Both the position numbers and the translations under genes were made by a program. DNA of 64,000 nt from Eledone cirrhosa (lineage: Eukaryota): positions 50,716,001 through 50,780,000 of the forward strand of contig OZ024750.1 in NCBI GenBank assembly GCA_964016885.1, read 5' to 3'. The notes under the pieces were generated by a model. The model was not told the DNA's origin. It searched no databases and worked only from the letters and a program-made list of their open reading frames with translations. How positions within the stretch are numbered: the first letter of the stretch is position 1; every line of letters begins with the position of its first letter. This document shows, one piece after another, positions 26,721-40,080 of the stretch.

Positions 26721-27547
26721 GTGTATGTGTGTGTGTGTGTGTCTATAAATGACTGTTAGAATTGGATGATCATTTTATGGTTCAGGATTTTCGTAATAAT
26801 GAAGGAGTGTTCTCTGTTCTCACAGATATTTGGAATGGAATAGAACTCAGATTCGGCGATAAGTATTCCAGTTGATCAAACAACAGAACGGATCACTCGT
26901 AAAACTTACATGCATGTGGTTCAGCGTGAAAATTAATGTAATCCTCAAGGAGATACCTGACACTGTGCAGAGGTGGTTACTTCCATGAAAGAAGGGAGCA
27001 AAGTATATGTGTGTCAGAGAGAGAGAGGGGTAGTGGTAGAGAGAGTGGGAGATAGCGAGTGAGAGAGAAACATAAAAAGAGGGAGTGAACGAAAGAGAGT
27101 GATAGCGAAAGAGAGAGAAAGGGAAAGAGAGAGATAACGGCCGAGCCAGACACTGAACTGCTTACTTTATATATCAATCTCGAAAAGATGAAATGTAAAG
27201 TTGACCTGAATGAGACCTGAAATACGACGAACCATTCCCCCTGATCTCCTAACGACTTTACCAATTCACTGCCTTATTAGACGGATTACAATTAAGTAAT
27301 GGAAAACATTGCTACAGGTAACAGGGCTGGATATCTCAACAAGATGAATTTAAGATGACAATAATGAGGTATACAACAAAGGAAGATCTTGTAATTATAT
27401 ATGGAAACTTGATGATATTTTTGTCGGAGTTACGTTAGATAATGAGAATATGCGAGATTCTAACTACGTAAGTACCGTACCCCTGGTTGTTATAACATAT
27501 ACATAGACACATATATACATACATACACACATACATACATATATATG

Positions 27548-28220
27548 TAGCTTCTCGCTACAACAATGTCTATACTTTTCATTTATATATATATACTCGG
27601 ATTTATTTCTTAGAGTGCTTAAATTATTTGTGACTAATCCCGGTATTTTTTTTGGAAAAAGACCGCGATGATATTGCTTTTTGCTGAACTCCTTTTATAG
27701 AGTTTTCTTTCGGAATGTTTTTGACTCTTGTTTCATGTAAACATACATTTGTCTCATTCTGACGTCACCAGCCCTGTTTTTCCACATGTGCGTTTATTTT
27801 AATAACCACGCATGATGTTAAACTAGCCTGCTTTTAAATTCCCTTTTTGGCATATTACCAGTGAGACATTGGTTACCATGTTGAGCTCTGCTGAGGAACG
27901 AAATCCAACCATTACCATCTCCACTGAAAGTTTTCGTGGAGATGGTCACGATGGTCAAGGCTATACAGAGCATTTGAGGTTGTCCCAAATAGAAGGTTGA
28001 GTACTTTAGACTTTGTTTTATCATGAGTTAAGGCTCTATTGATTTTTCCCTGGATTTCTCTAAATTCGGTTGGATAAATCTATATCCTGATTCCTTTTGA
28101 ATTGAGTCTGAATTATTTTTCCCATATCTTATGTTAACTATTTTCCCATTTTGACGCTATAGTCGCATATATGTTATGGAATACTGTTAGCTTCTCGCTA
28201 CAAAAATTTCTATACTTTTC

Positions 28221-28230
<10 letters not shown>
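27548..28230 (+). mobile_element. Decayed pLTR-like unit with a terminal direct repeat of about 43 bp, between microsatellites
   Basis: TAGCTTCTCGCTACAA..TCTATACTTTTCATTTATATAT occurs at 27548 and 28188. Confidence 0.5.
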
Positions 28231-28263
<33 letters not shown>

Positions 28264-28780
28264 TACATTAATAAAAATAATGAATAAACAAAGAAACAGT
28301 TCCTTATATTAAAACATTCATCATTTTATCACCTTGGAAGTCAAGACGTGCTGATATCAACACGACCCTTTGTGTTGTGGGTTTAAAAGCTTTGCCTTTC
28401 ATCATTAAGAGGTTGATAAAATAAAGTACCATAACGCACTCGTGTCGATTTTAAGGTATGTTTCCTTCCATTCATACAGCTGGCCTCGTGCCAAAAGTAG
28501 ACGTAATTATTAAAAGTAGGAACAACCTTATTGTGCTTTGTACCACTGCATGTATATCTCATATCGGGAATCATCGGGTGTAAATTGGCTTTTTAACTAA
28601 TCCAATGAAAGTACAGTATGAAAGATTGATACGTCCAATGAAATATAACAAACTTGAGTATGTGTTCCTGTGGATATATATTCACACATACGTAAATACT
28701 AGGAAAAATTGCAATTTATATCTTGAGACATTTAAATATAACATTGTATGATATATTCATGTGCCATTAATTTGTCTATT

Positions 28781-28895
28781 TGAGTTCAAATCCCGCCGAG
28801 GTTGACTTTGCCTTTCATCTTTACGGGGTCGATAAAATATAGTAGCAGTAATGCACTGATTAATTGCTGGCCTTGTGCCTAATGTAGAAACAATT
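28781..28895 (+). mobile_element. 5'-truncated SINE
   Basis: B box through the GTAGAAACAATT tail. ATTAATTTGTCTATTTG is repeated at both ends, a possible target site duplication. Confidence 0.75.
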
Positions 28896-29129
28896 AATTT
28901 GTCTATTTGTGTATAAAGAAAAAACACTATTAAAAATCCGGAATATCAACAAATTAGAAATCAAAAGCGCAACAACAAAGAAGGAAAATTATATTGGCTA
29001 AACATGTAAGGTAAATATTTGTTTTCCTATTAACTTTGTTCATCGCATCGTGGACAAAGGCAATGACATTATCAAGTAGTAGTAGTGGTAGCAGGAGCAG
29101 TAGTAGTAATAGCTGTAACTGCAGCAGGA

Positions 29130-29515
29130 GCAGCATGGTTCACTGGCGTTTATGCAAACTGAATAATTTACCTCGTGGAGGTGATGTGGGATTTCAGGAT
29201 ACAAAGGACAAAGAATCAGAACTCAATAGGACTGACATGATGGTTTTTGACAAGGAAAAAATACCGTGCTTGATTACAGATGTAGCTTGACCCTTTGACA
29301 CAAGAGTGCAAAGAAGGATGAAATTGACCGGCACCAGGATCTAAAGTGGGAACTGAGAAGCATTTGGGGGATGTCCCCATCGTCATAGGAACTGTAAGTG
29401 CTATCTCGAAGAGTTTCCAAGGCTGGTTAAAGAACATTAGCTCAGTCCCCTTCTTTGGAACACTTCGGAAAACATGATTACTGGGAAGAGCAAGGGCTCT
29501 CTGATACGTCCATAA
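29130..29515 (+). mobile_element. Decayed R4/Dong-like non-LTR 3' end (RLE domain)
   Basis: VHWRLCK...NRTDMMVFDKEKIPCLITDVA*PFDTRV...VPIVIG resembles the RPDIV..DK...IDVACPFD RLE motif. Preceded by (AGT/AGC)n. Confidence 0.6.
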
Positions 29516-29549
29516 TATAACATCAATGACTGAATTATTAAAGTAATAA

Positions 29550-29662
29550 TGTTTCTACGTTTGGCACAATGCCAGCAATTACCCCAGTGCATTACCGGTA
29601 CTTTATTTTATCGACCACGTAAGAATGAAAGGCAAAGTTAACCTCGGCGGGATTTGAACTCT
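29550..29662 (-). mobile_element. SINE fragment
   Basis: GGCACAATGCCAGCAATT...TCGACC..GAAAGGCAAAGTTAACCTCGGCGGGATTTGAACTC. Confidence 0.75.
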
Positions 29663-29664
29663 AT

Positions 29665-31940
29665 AGTTGACAATACAAAAAAATAAGAACGATAGGGATT
29701 TTAGAAACAATCGCATAAAAAATAAAAGACAATAAGAATTACAATACGAATTCCCCAATAGGGATAGAACAACCGAGGAGACGACTCAGGTAACCCGCCG
29801 ATTACGACCGACTCGACGCTTCGAGAGAACCCGAAGAGCACACGCTTTTCCTCTACAAATCAACTAGTCTACAGGCGCATGCTCAGAGTTTGAGCCATTC
29901 TCGCTACATTCACCCACTTTTTAACAAATGTACTTGGGGAAAGCCCTTCCATCTCCACCCTCATCTTCCTTTCCATGAGAAACTTGAAAACGTTGATGAG
30001 AGATTGGCCGAAAAGTCCTTTCAGCATCATACACCACAAAACCTTTTCGCTCCGGCCACTAGACAGAGGAAAACTGTCTACCCTTCGCGACCTAAAAAGG
30101 CGGTGGAGCGATGTTCACTATCTCCTACAAGCGACAACAGCTATTCATCATAACCCCATAATGCACGGATCATGGATGAGTGCGTACAAAATGGCTTCGT
30201 AGTTCTGTGCGCATTTCAGCGACATTTATCTGAAAGCATTTCCGTGCCTGTGGAGATTAGTGCCCCCTCCCCAGTAGTGTTACCGGTAACACTGTCGAAA
30301 GATGGATTTCTGGAAATTATCCATAGTTCCCGGCTCAAAAGTCTTCCGAAACAGACTGGTCAGTTCGATCTCCGAAAGAGTCGTCGTAATTGCTCACCAT
30401 TAATCCTCTATAGAACTTAAGAATAGAATTACCACTGACCACAATGCCCGCCTGGTAGATGGCAGTGGACACCTGACAACTTTCCAGATGTCAGGCCCTA
30501 AGTCTCGGTCTCTTCTTCACTCAGGACTACAGCTCAGTCGACGAGACGAGCTACGGAAAGGCCTGTCTCACAAATGGTGACTACACATGTTCAACGTTTA
30601 AGAATACCTGAAGAAACCGTAGTGTCAGCGTATCATCAGTCGCGGCATGCCCATCCCTCCGCGTAGAGGGTGCTGGCAGGAGATTGGCTGATCAGTAATG
30701 GAACCCGACCCTTCACATAAAGTTGAAAAGCAGATATTCTAATTTGGTGAGGTGCGAACGGGAGAAAGGCACGAAGATCTGGTGGTAGTAAATGACGGAC
30801 GCTATGTACGCGTTTGCCACGTCCACCCGACCTTTAGGGAATAGCTTCCTCTCGGTCCATTTTTCGGTAAGAGGGGCCACCCTGCTCGTTACCTATCGCA
30901 ACTTCACCGATCCGTCCGTCCAGCGTCCGACGATGCTGTTGAACGGTAGTAAAAACTCGAGTCAATATGTACAGAAGGGAAGAGAGAGGGCACCCTTGAT
31001 GGACCGATTGTGTGATCTGAAACGCTTCTGAACGCGACCATTTACTTTGACCACCAATCAGATACCGTTGTGCATTGCATTGATCCAGCCTCTAAAGATG
31101 AGGCAGAAATCAGTTGCTTTGAGGACAGCCTACAGGTATCTATGGTTGATCGAATACTTTTGATTGATCTAAATTGAGTGTTACCCCTCCCCCACCGAAG
31201 CCATATTTACACCCTACCTTCACTGTGATGTATCGCATAAGGTGGACGTTGTTGTGTGTATACCTGGTCGGGAGAGTGCAAGTTTGCGCCTCCCCTACCA
31301 AACCTTCAACAATAAACGCCAGCCTCTTCGCAAACACCATGCCCAAAATCTTAAACTCAGTGTTTAGCAGAGTTATGGGCCGGAAATTGATTAAGGTATC
31401 TCTCTTGCTCCCATCTTTCCTCATCAGCGTTACTACGCCTGTGCTCACATAACTGGGAATACTGCCGTTCTTCTTCCACTTGCAGACCATCGAGGTAAGA
31501 ACTTAAGTCCGTCATCTTCTCCGACCTCCTCCCTGCTTCCCCCGAAGAGCCGAGCAAAGTCCTGGCAAAAGGCCACACACATCTATTTGGAATCATTATG
31601 CTCGCGTTTTAATAACCAGGTCCTAGCCTATATGTTCTGTCTAGGTGAAACATTCAGATCACAAATGTGAGATCTGAATGGCTGATTGTTCGGCAAAGGG
31701 GACAACCTATACTATCCAGTCTACTGATGTAATAAAATACTCCTGTTCGGCTGCCAGTTGCAATAAAGCGCTTCAGGAGATCGGAGAACAAGTCTGGCAT
31801 ATCTAAATAAACCTCGTAGGGCAGACCATCCAGTCTGGGTGGCTTGAGCCTCGTGCAGCCGACTTGAGCTTCCCAAAACTCAGCTGAAGTTGTCGGACTT
31901 TTGCAGCGCTCAACACCTGCTGGAAGTTGTTCCTTCACCG
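29665..31940 (-). mobile_element. Old, heavily decayed L1/Tx1 copy
   Basis: NFRPITLLNTEFKILG...QTCTLP...LDQSK and LDGLPYEVYLDMPDLF are homologous to the E3/E9 ORF2. The 5' side ends in a degenerate GA/GATA tract. Confidence 0.8.
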
Positions 31941-32582
31941 TAAGATAGAATGAGAAAGATAGAGAGAGGGAGAGAGAAAGAAAAAAAGAGAGAGATAGAG
32001 AGAGCGAGAGAGATAGAGAGAGAAAGAGAGAGAGAGAGGAAGGATGAGAGGGAAAGAGATTAAGAAGAAAAAATAGAAAGACGGGAGTAAAACAAGTAAA
32101 TTGTGTGCGTTTGTTATAGCAAAGATTCGAATATGTATATTTAACTGTCACATGGAAATTCATTTTTAGTTATATCAAAACCGAGAAGAATGTTTATCCA
32201 TATGTAACAATACTATTTCATATGTCAGACGATATTCCTTTCTTTGAATGACTTAAACTATATTTGTAAGATTTCCAACAAGGTGGATCAGAAAATGAAG
32301 TCGATTTGCATGGGAGGCTTTGACACTAGAGCTGTAACGACATGGAGTTGTCTTTTAGGGTGATCTAAAATTAGTATTCTACAGATATTACTGAGGGCAA
32401 AGGAAGGTACCTTATCCCATGGTGACAACATCCGTGCAGAAACCATATGGGATGTTCAATATTCATACATTCAAGTCATAAAACAGGTTTGCTTTTGTTA
32501 GGTCCCTAGTTTAGGAATTTGTTGTAATTTCCTCAGATCTAGACACTTGTATAACCAAATATACATATACGCATGTGTGTGG

Positions 32583-32648
<66 letters not shown>

Positions 32649-32661
32649 GCATATATATACG

Positions 32662-32841
32662 TTATTCCGGGTTGAATCGGAGGTAACCACAGTAAGTAAG
32701 GTACTCAATACATTGCAGAGTATAAAAGTTTTAATATAGATGAGATTCTACAGCACTAGAACTGTTTCATTCTTTAGAAATCATCAGGAGATTCCTGATG
32801 ATTTCTAAAGAATGAAACAGTTCTAGTCCTGTAGAATCTCA

Positions 32842-32847
<6 letters not shown>
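32662..32847. mobile_element. Fold-back pLTR-derived element with hammerheads on both strands
   Basis: Inverted arms 32735-32788 and 32794-32847; family shared with 43806-43960. Confidence 0.75.
32788..32840 (+). ncRNA. Type I hammerhead ribozyme
   Basis: Stem I GAGATTC/GAATCTC; CTGATGA; stem II TTC-TAAA-GAA; GAAA; stem III ACAG/CTGT; GTA triplet. Confidence 0.75.
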
Positions 32848-32875
<28 letters not shown>

Positions 32876-33234
32876 CGAAGAGATAACCCTGTTCCATCAA
32901 TAGATGCGTCACTGACCTGCATATAGATTATGCAACTTGGAATGTATGTCCCCGGAATCCAAGAATCCTATCAAAGATTGTATCGATCTTTAACGATCCA
33001 TGTACACTCGAGATGTTGCAGGTCAGTGACCGACCTGTTTGTATATATCAATGTTGTATTGTTCTAGAAACATGATTCTGGTAGCCTTAACCTGGGTATC
33101 ACACTTCATTAACCTGTTGTGTTCACTCAGGGTCAAAATGTATCAATGTATCATATCATTGAGTGCTTTCGTGACTACCTGTTATAATTATGCTACAATG
33201 CAGCTGCAGCTTCGATTGTACTCATTATATATAT

Positions 33235-34311
33235 AACGAGGAGACTTGTCCATTGAATAACGAATGTTTGCATTCAAACCTAGTGTACAGGTGCTCGGTT
33301 GAGTCGGACAACCAAACCTGGCACTATATAGGCAGCACTGCAAACACCTTCAAAATTCGTTGGTGCACGCATCGTTACGCAATAAAGCACCCCCAACACC
33401 GTTACGTAACGACCCTCTCCGACAAAATTTGGCACTTAAAAGGGAGTAACCGACAATACACCCTTAAATGGACCAAACTCTCACATGCTCCTCCATACCG
33501 GAGTGGGATGAAAACGTGCCCGTTGTGTAATAATGAGCTCTTCCATATCCTAAGCTCAGGCCACCAACTACTCAACAACAAAATTGAAAGGTCAATATTT
33601 TGCCAGCATAAACTAAAAGCGAAGTTATCACACTTCAAACCTTCAACTAAATCTTAACACTACTTTTCTACCCTAAATAACAATTCTACACTCCTAAAAA
33701 TAGACTATATATGAAATTTAATACTTTCTTCCTTCATCTTTTCTCTGGTAAGACTTTCGCCTGTCCACTACCAACTGCCACTTAAAATTCTATCTTCCTT
33801 CTCTCTCCCTCTACTCATCACAACTTTTAGCACACAACCTTCCTCCCCCTCCCTTCTTGTAACTTAACTATATTCTATACAAATCCTCTCACACCACCCT
33901 ATCTCTTTCTCTTTCTCTCCCTACCTCCGTCCCTTTTCTCTCTCTCTCTCCCTCTCTTTTGCCCCCCTCTCTCTCTGTTCCTCTATCTTACACTACTACC
34001 CCTTATTTCATTTCCTAAGGTCATTTCAACCTTGTATTTTGAAAATTCGGATGCCACAGTATCTTCCTTGATTGCCTATTATTACATAGTATAGCAATAA
34101 TGGACTGAAATTCTGATGAAACAATTGTTAATACGTGGATTAAATCCTTTTATAACTGTTTACCTTCGTCCTATTTCTCTTTTTTGATTACACTCCTCGT
34201 TTGTTCGTGTTTCCACTACAGAATCCCTACCAACCTGTCGAGTCACCTTAACGTATGTTGATAAATTTCCTCACAACTTGTTCTACCAAGCTTTGGAATA
34301 TTCCTATTTAC

Positions 34312-34315
<4 letters not shown>
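33235..34315 (+). mobile_element. 5'-truncated Penelope-like element: GIY-YIG endonuclease C-terminus (Naiad-like) plus 3' region
   Basis: CPLNNECLHSNLVY...YIGSTANTFKIRW..H...TTLSDKIWHLK...CPLCNNE...LN...CQH, with stop at 33657. Confidence 0.8.
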
Positions 34316-34366
<51 letters not shown>

Positions 34367-34998
34367 CATACATACTTACATTTAAGTATCAGCCGTACCA
34401 TGAGTGAGAAATGAAATTTCGTTTCATTCTTTTCCATTTATATATATATACATTAGTTAAAAAGGCCATACAAAACTGAGACGATGGTTAAGAAGCCATT
34501 AACCACCCAAGTCAAAAAAAGCGAGCAAGCTAGGTGGGTCAGAAAAAATAAGATATGATTGAAATATTTACCCGGACCTTGGAAATGATGGTAAAATCCG
34601 ATACAGGGTTTCTGCGACACATTAATCAATAATACTGTCTGCTTAAGAAAATAATAAGCTTTTGGTATAATGTTTGAACAAGGATATCACTTTCTCAACA
34701 GGCGTTTTGCGAGGATCTCACAGTGTTTTGAAAGCACATGTGAACTCCAAAGGGGAGAAAACCCCTAGATTTGGCAAGTGAATTCGGTATGTGTAGTCAT
34801 TGGAAAAATTTGCAAAAATAGTACAACACGAATTAAGCTCTCGACCGAGTAGTTTTTAAAATAAACTTAAGGGATTAATCAGTCAATGTTTATTGCTCTA
34901 GTATCTTCGTATCCCTTGAACGCTTGCCAACACAAATTGGAAGTTGCGTATCGCTAATTTCTACTCGCCGAAATGCGATTCTCGTTAAATTTATATTT

Positions 34999-35114
<116 letters not shown>

Positions 35115-35160
35115 AGAGAGAGAGAGAGAGAGAGAATTTAGAGAAGTGACACACGAGTTG

Positions 35161-35465
35161 ATATATATAATAATAAAAAAGAAATTAACAGTAGAAAAAG
35201 CTAAAGGATTTTCTCTCAGAATAACAGCAAAACGATTATTTACAAAATAGGAATTTCCGCATTATTCGTACTGGTTTCAGCTTGTAGTTTTCCTTCTTTC
35301 TCTCTTAGTGTTGACTTTAGTATGTCACTATTAAGGGTGAAACATCTAAGGTCAGCACCAAGAGAGAAAAGAGGAAAACTACAGAGAAAAATGTGAACTA
35401 TTCTCTATATATATATATGTATGAAAGAAATGTTAGCATTTTCTACTGTAATATTTCTTTTTTAC

Positions 35466-35475
<10 letters not shown>
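35161..35475. repeat. Imperfect palindromic element (MITE-like or PLE fold-back) in TA/GA microsatellite
   Basis: Outer inverted arms of about 45 bp and inner arms 35283-35320 / 35346-35382. Confidence 0.55.
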
Positions 35476-35527
<52 letters not shown>

Positions 35528-35799
35528 AGACTTACCACTTTCCTGTAAACAAGTGCTATTATGCCTCATATCATGTTACCTTATTTTATTTGATGAGAAC
35601 ACAATTTTTGTCCTAGGATGATTTTGTATTCGAAATGCGCATAATAAAATATATGGAACACTTTTAACCATCTTTTAATTTCTTCTTTATTATATATAAT
35701 CCAGTTCTACCAATTGTTGAGTGCTACTTTTCTGATATATGCATAGTCTTATTGTTCTACAATATTACTCACCTTCTACACATATATATATATATATAT

Positions 35800-37705
35800 G
35801 GAGGAGATAACAATGGATCCAGGAACCAACCTGAGACCTGATTGACGTACAGAAGAAGGCGAAAGTTGAGCGAGATTCGGCCAAATCGGAGAAAGACCAA
35901 AGGAAAAGAAGTGCCGCATGCCGCCAAATCGACCGACTAGTAAAGTGAAGCTGCCGGTGGGACAAAGTCGTCTGGCTGAAAAAAAAAGGTGCCGAGGCAA
36001 AGGAAGCTGCTGCTCGCAACGACGCGAAAACATTGTTCCACGTCGTGAGAGAGTAGAGTGGCGCTCGGTCGTGTGGTGCCAACATGCCAGCGAAGGAAAA
36101 ACATTGCAAGACAGTGTCCACTGCAGTAGAACAGGACCAGAGATGGATGGAAATCATTTGGGAGACGTTGAACCAACCAGATTCATTTGGCCTATTATAT
36201 TTGACCGCAGAGACGCCAGCAACTGCTGCAGTACTCAAGGTCTGCGACGACCAAATCACCAGGAAGGTTATGAAAGATGTGATCAGTGACTTGAGCAACG
36301 GCAAAGCAGGTAGGCTGGATGAGATCTCTACAGAGTTAATCAAATTCGGTGAGGATAGCATGATAACGAACGGCCTCGACAAACTTGATGAACCATTGCT
36401 GGAGGGTTAGTCGGGTTCCTCTTGAGTGGCAACGCGATGTCATCTTCAAACTGCCGAAGAAGGGAAACCTGGCCAACTGCAACAACTGGCGTGGTATCAC
36501 ATTGCTGTCAGTCCCAGGCAAGGCGTTCTAAACTCTGCTGCTGCGTTGACTCCGGTAGGCTATCGACGCTGTGTTCCGGAAAGAACAGGTCGGTTTCCGA
36601 AACAATCGAGTTTCCACCGAACAGATCTTCACACTACGCAACATCCTCGAAAATTGCGTTGATCTCCCGCACCCTTTGGCGGTCATCTTCATTAATTTCC
36701 AGAAGGCATTCGACAGTGTGCATTGGGAACCACTGTGGAATATCAAGAACTCGTACGGCATTCCTGGGAGATTCATTGTCATTTTCAAGGCCCTGCACGC
36801 AAACTCTAGCTGCTGCGTGCGAACTGAGTCCGGTGAGACGGAGTTCTTTAACATTGTCTCCGGAGTCAGACTAGGTTGCATTCTCTCTCCGCTGTTGTTC
36901 CTGTTGGCAGCTGATTTTGAGCTAAGGAGAACAGAGGAATCCCATGGACAGGCCAGTCGAGGCTGATGGACTTGGCATTCACCGACGACATCGCTTTGAT
37001 TGTTGAAGACAGTGCAGACCTGCAAACCCTAACATCCATGCAAGAGAGTGCAGAAAAGATCGGCCTGAAAATCAACACAAAAAAGATCAAGGTGATGAGA
37101 ACAGTCAACAACGCAGGTCCGGTGATTAGAGTCAACCAATATGACCTGGAAGAAATCGATCACTTCATCTATCTAGGCAGCATCCTGGCAAACAATGGCG
37201 ACGCTGAGCTCGACATCAACTATAGGATCGGCAAAGGAGCCGCAGTTTTCCAGCGGTAGCGCCCAGTCTGGTCGTCTTCATACATCAGCACCAGGAACAA
37301 ACTGCGCCTATACAAGAGAATCGTGCTGTCGACAGTGCTTTACGCGAACGAAACCCGGAAGAGCACGGCAAAGATAGAGAGACGGCTGAAGACCAGCGGT
37401 GCTTGAGAGCGATCCTTCGTGTGATCTGGTGCGACCGAGTGCTAAACGACGAAATACTGCTGAGAGCCAAGTTGTGGACCCTACAAAGAAGCACCGGTAC
37501 CACCTGGCTGGCCATATTCTGCACCTGCCTGACGAATTACCTTCCAAAACAGCAATGAACTTGACTCCACATGGCGACAAACGGAGGTGGGGTTGCCTCA
37601 GGATCTCCAGGCGATGAACATTCCAAAAAGAACTGATGGCAGCCAACATCACTTGGCACGGACGCGAAAAGGCCGCCGCTGATAATGACCGTTGGCGATT
37701 ACTTA
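35800..37705 (+). mobile_element. Decayed RTE-clade LINE (RT and 3' end)
   Basis: KLPKKGNLANCNNWRGITLLSVPGK, EQVGFR...EQIFTLRNILE, FQKAFDSVH, GVRLGCILSP, FTDD, RYHLAGHIL. Confidence 0.85.
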
Positions 37706-39086
37706 CTGTAGTTGCTGGTGTTAGAGAGATCTCTCTTTGGCACTGGGATGGTATTACTGATCCTCCACTGATTCAGAGCAACCCCTCTCCCAGTGCCTGG
37801 TTACAGAACTACAGGATGATATCAAAATCACACCTCTTAATCACCTCTGATACAACTACATCTTCTCCATGAGCCTTACCCTCCTTGACGTCATTTGTGG
37901 CAAAGACCCTCAACAGGATGATTCTTAACAGGATCCAGCCTGAGATGGAGAAGAAGCTCAGGGACAACCAGAACGACTTCTGAGAGGGAAGATCAACTAC
38001 CAGTCACATCCTGATGCTGAAGAAGATATTAGAGGGAGCTAGGGAAAAGAGCCTTCCTTCCGTCATGGTTCTCATTGACTTTAGGAAGGACTTTGATTCT
38101 GTTGACCGTCACTGCCGGATAAGGATCTTAAAGGCTTATCGAATCCCCAACAAGATAGTGGACCTGATATCACTGCTTTACATCAACACCACAGCTCAAG
38201 TCATTACATCTGATGGGATGACGGAAAACTGTGAGATACTGGCTGGAGAGCTCCAGGGAGATACATTGGTTCCCTAACTATTCATCATCGCAGTGGACTA
38301 TTGTATGCGCCTTGCGCTGGAGAAACACCAGGACTCTGGCTTTACTGTATCACTGGCTCGAGCAGGAGAGTTAAGGTGAAAAAGATATCAGATGCTGAAT
38401 TTGCTGACGACATAGTTCTGGTGACAAACACAGTTAAGGAGGCAGAGGATTTAATGCAGGGGGTGGAGACTGTGTCGATTAGTGTGGGGCTGAGAATGAA
38501 TGAGATTAAACGAAGTATCTGGTAGAGAAAATTAATAAGACAGAGAAGACTATGAATGTAGGCGGGAAGCCGCTAGAATCAGTTGAGGACTTCCTGTATC
38601 TGGGAGCAAATATTGGGAACACAGAGGATGATGTGATTGAGAGGAAGATCAAAGCCTGGGCGGCGTGCCGCAGTTTATGATCGATGTAGAAGTCGGACCA
38701 TCGTAAATACCAGAGGAGTCTGTGCTACTATATGGGTCTAAGACTTGGACGCTGACCAAGAAACTCACTCAGAAGGTGGATGGATGCTACACGAGAATGC
38801 AAAAGATGGCTCTGAACATTAATCAGTATACAACGAGGATAAAGAACTCAGAGGTGTACCGGAGCCTCTCAAAAGTCGGTTCGAAAGTAACAACGAATTT
38901 ACACTGAACTCGGTGCTCCTGTGGGAGCCCCTGCATGGACACACTGGAAGAGGGAGACCGTGAGTGGCATATGTTGATGCCGTAAGGACAGACAGTGGTC
39001 GCTGGGAGACGCAGGACATAGCGGTGATGATGAAAGACAGAAACCACTGGAGAGAACTCGTCCATGGTTCTTGGGAATTTTACCCG

Positions 39087-39088
<2 letters not shown>
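37705..39088 (+). mobile_element. Second decayed RTE-type LINE with an inverted 5' segment (37705-37870)
   Basis: Plus strand: NRIQPEMEKKLRDNQN, DFRKDFDSV, LQGDTL, FADD, LLYGSKTWTL. Minus strand 37705-37870 encodes the preceding region QWRISNTIPVPKRDLSNTSNY. Confidence 0.8.
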
Positions 39089-39141
<53 letters not shown>

Positions 39142-39142
<1 letters not shown>

Positions 39143-40036
39143 GAGGTGGGTCAGAAAAATTCCAGGACTGATGTCACAAAAGATTTATTTCTAACCCAAA
39201 CTTCACACCAAGTGTTTGCACCTTCAAAGTAATCCCCCTGGAGTCTAATTCACATTTTTATCCTTTTCTGCCACGCTTGCATGCACTCCTAGAATGATTC
39301 TACCGAGATCCTCCGCAGTTACGTCGTCACGGCCTTTTTGATGTTGTCCACGTCTTCAAAACGGGTCCCCTCCGGGTCGTACTCGAAGATTCATTACTCA
39401 TCACCGGTGATAACTGTCCCTAGAAAGTCTGGTACGGTTTCAAGACGCTCGAGGATGTCCTGGCACACTTGCATGCATCGATCCTTCTGGTCATCGTTCA
39501 GCAGTTTTGGCACCATATTCGCGCAGACTTTCCGCATGTCCAAATCTTCAGTAAGAATCTTCCAGACGCTGTCCTGATTCATGGCCAGCTGATTTGCCAT
39601 CAGTTGAACAGTCAGCCGACGATCGCTACGCATCATCTGCCTGACGCGCTCAACGTTGACCTCAGTCCTGGTCGTTGAGGGCCTTCCGCTCCTGTAGTCA
39701 TATTCCACGTCCTCGCGTCCTTCTTTAAACCTCTTGCGCCACTCCAAATCACGTGAGCGTGAAATCGTCTCATCTCCATACACTTGCCGCATCAATCACA
39801 GTGCTTCTGACGGAGTTTTCAAGTTTGTCCGTTGCTCTGTGCTCATTGTTTGACGACCTGAAACAGAGGACATGTATATAAAAGTATGAAGAAAAAAGTT
39901 TGATCGCTGCAGAGAGCTAAGATTACAGTTATATACTCCAGGGGGATTACTTTGAAGGAGAAAACTCTGAGTGTGATGTTTGGGTTTGAAATAATTATTT
40001 TGTGACATCAGTCCTGGAACTATTCTGACCGACCTC

Positions 40037-40037
<1 letters not shown>
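39142..40037 (-). mobile_element. Internally deleted Tc1/mariner DNA transposon inserted in (TA)n
   Basis: Imperfect TIRs of about 100 bp (CGAGGTGGGTCAGAAAAATTCCAGGACTGATGTCACAAAA / reverse complement). Transposase HTH, GRPS, (W/M)VPKLL and ITGDE motifs at 39394-39846. Confidence 0.92.

Positions 40038-40080
<43 letters not shown>

Noticed and set aside
32908-33030. 14-bp inverted repeat GTCACTGACCTGCA as another hammerhead or a TIR
   Set aside because: No intact core or target duplication was identifiable; probably a decayed pLTR.
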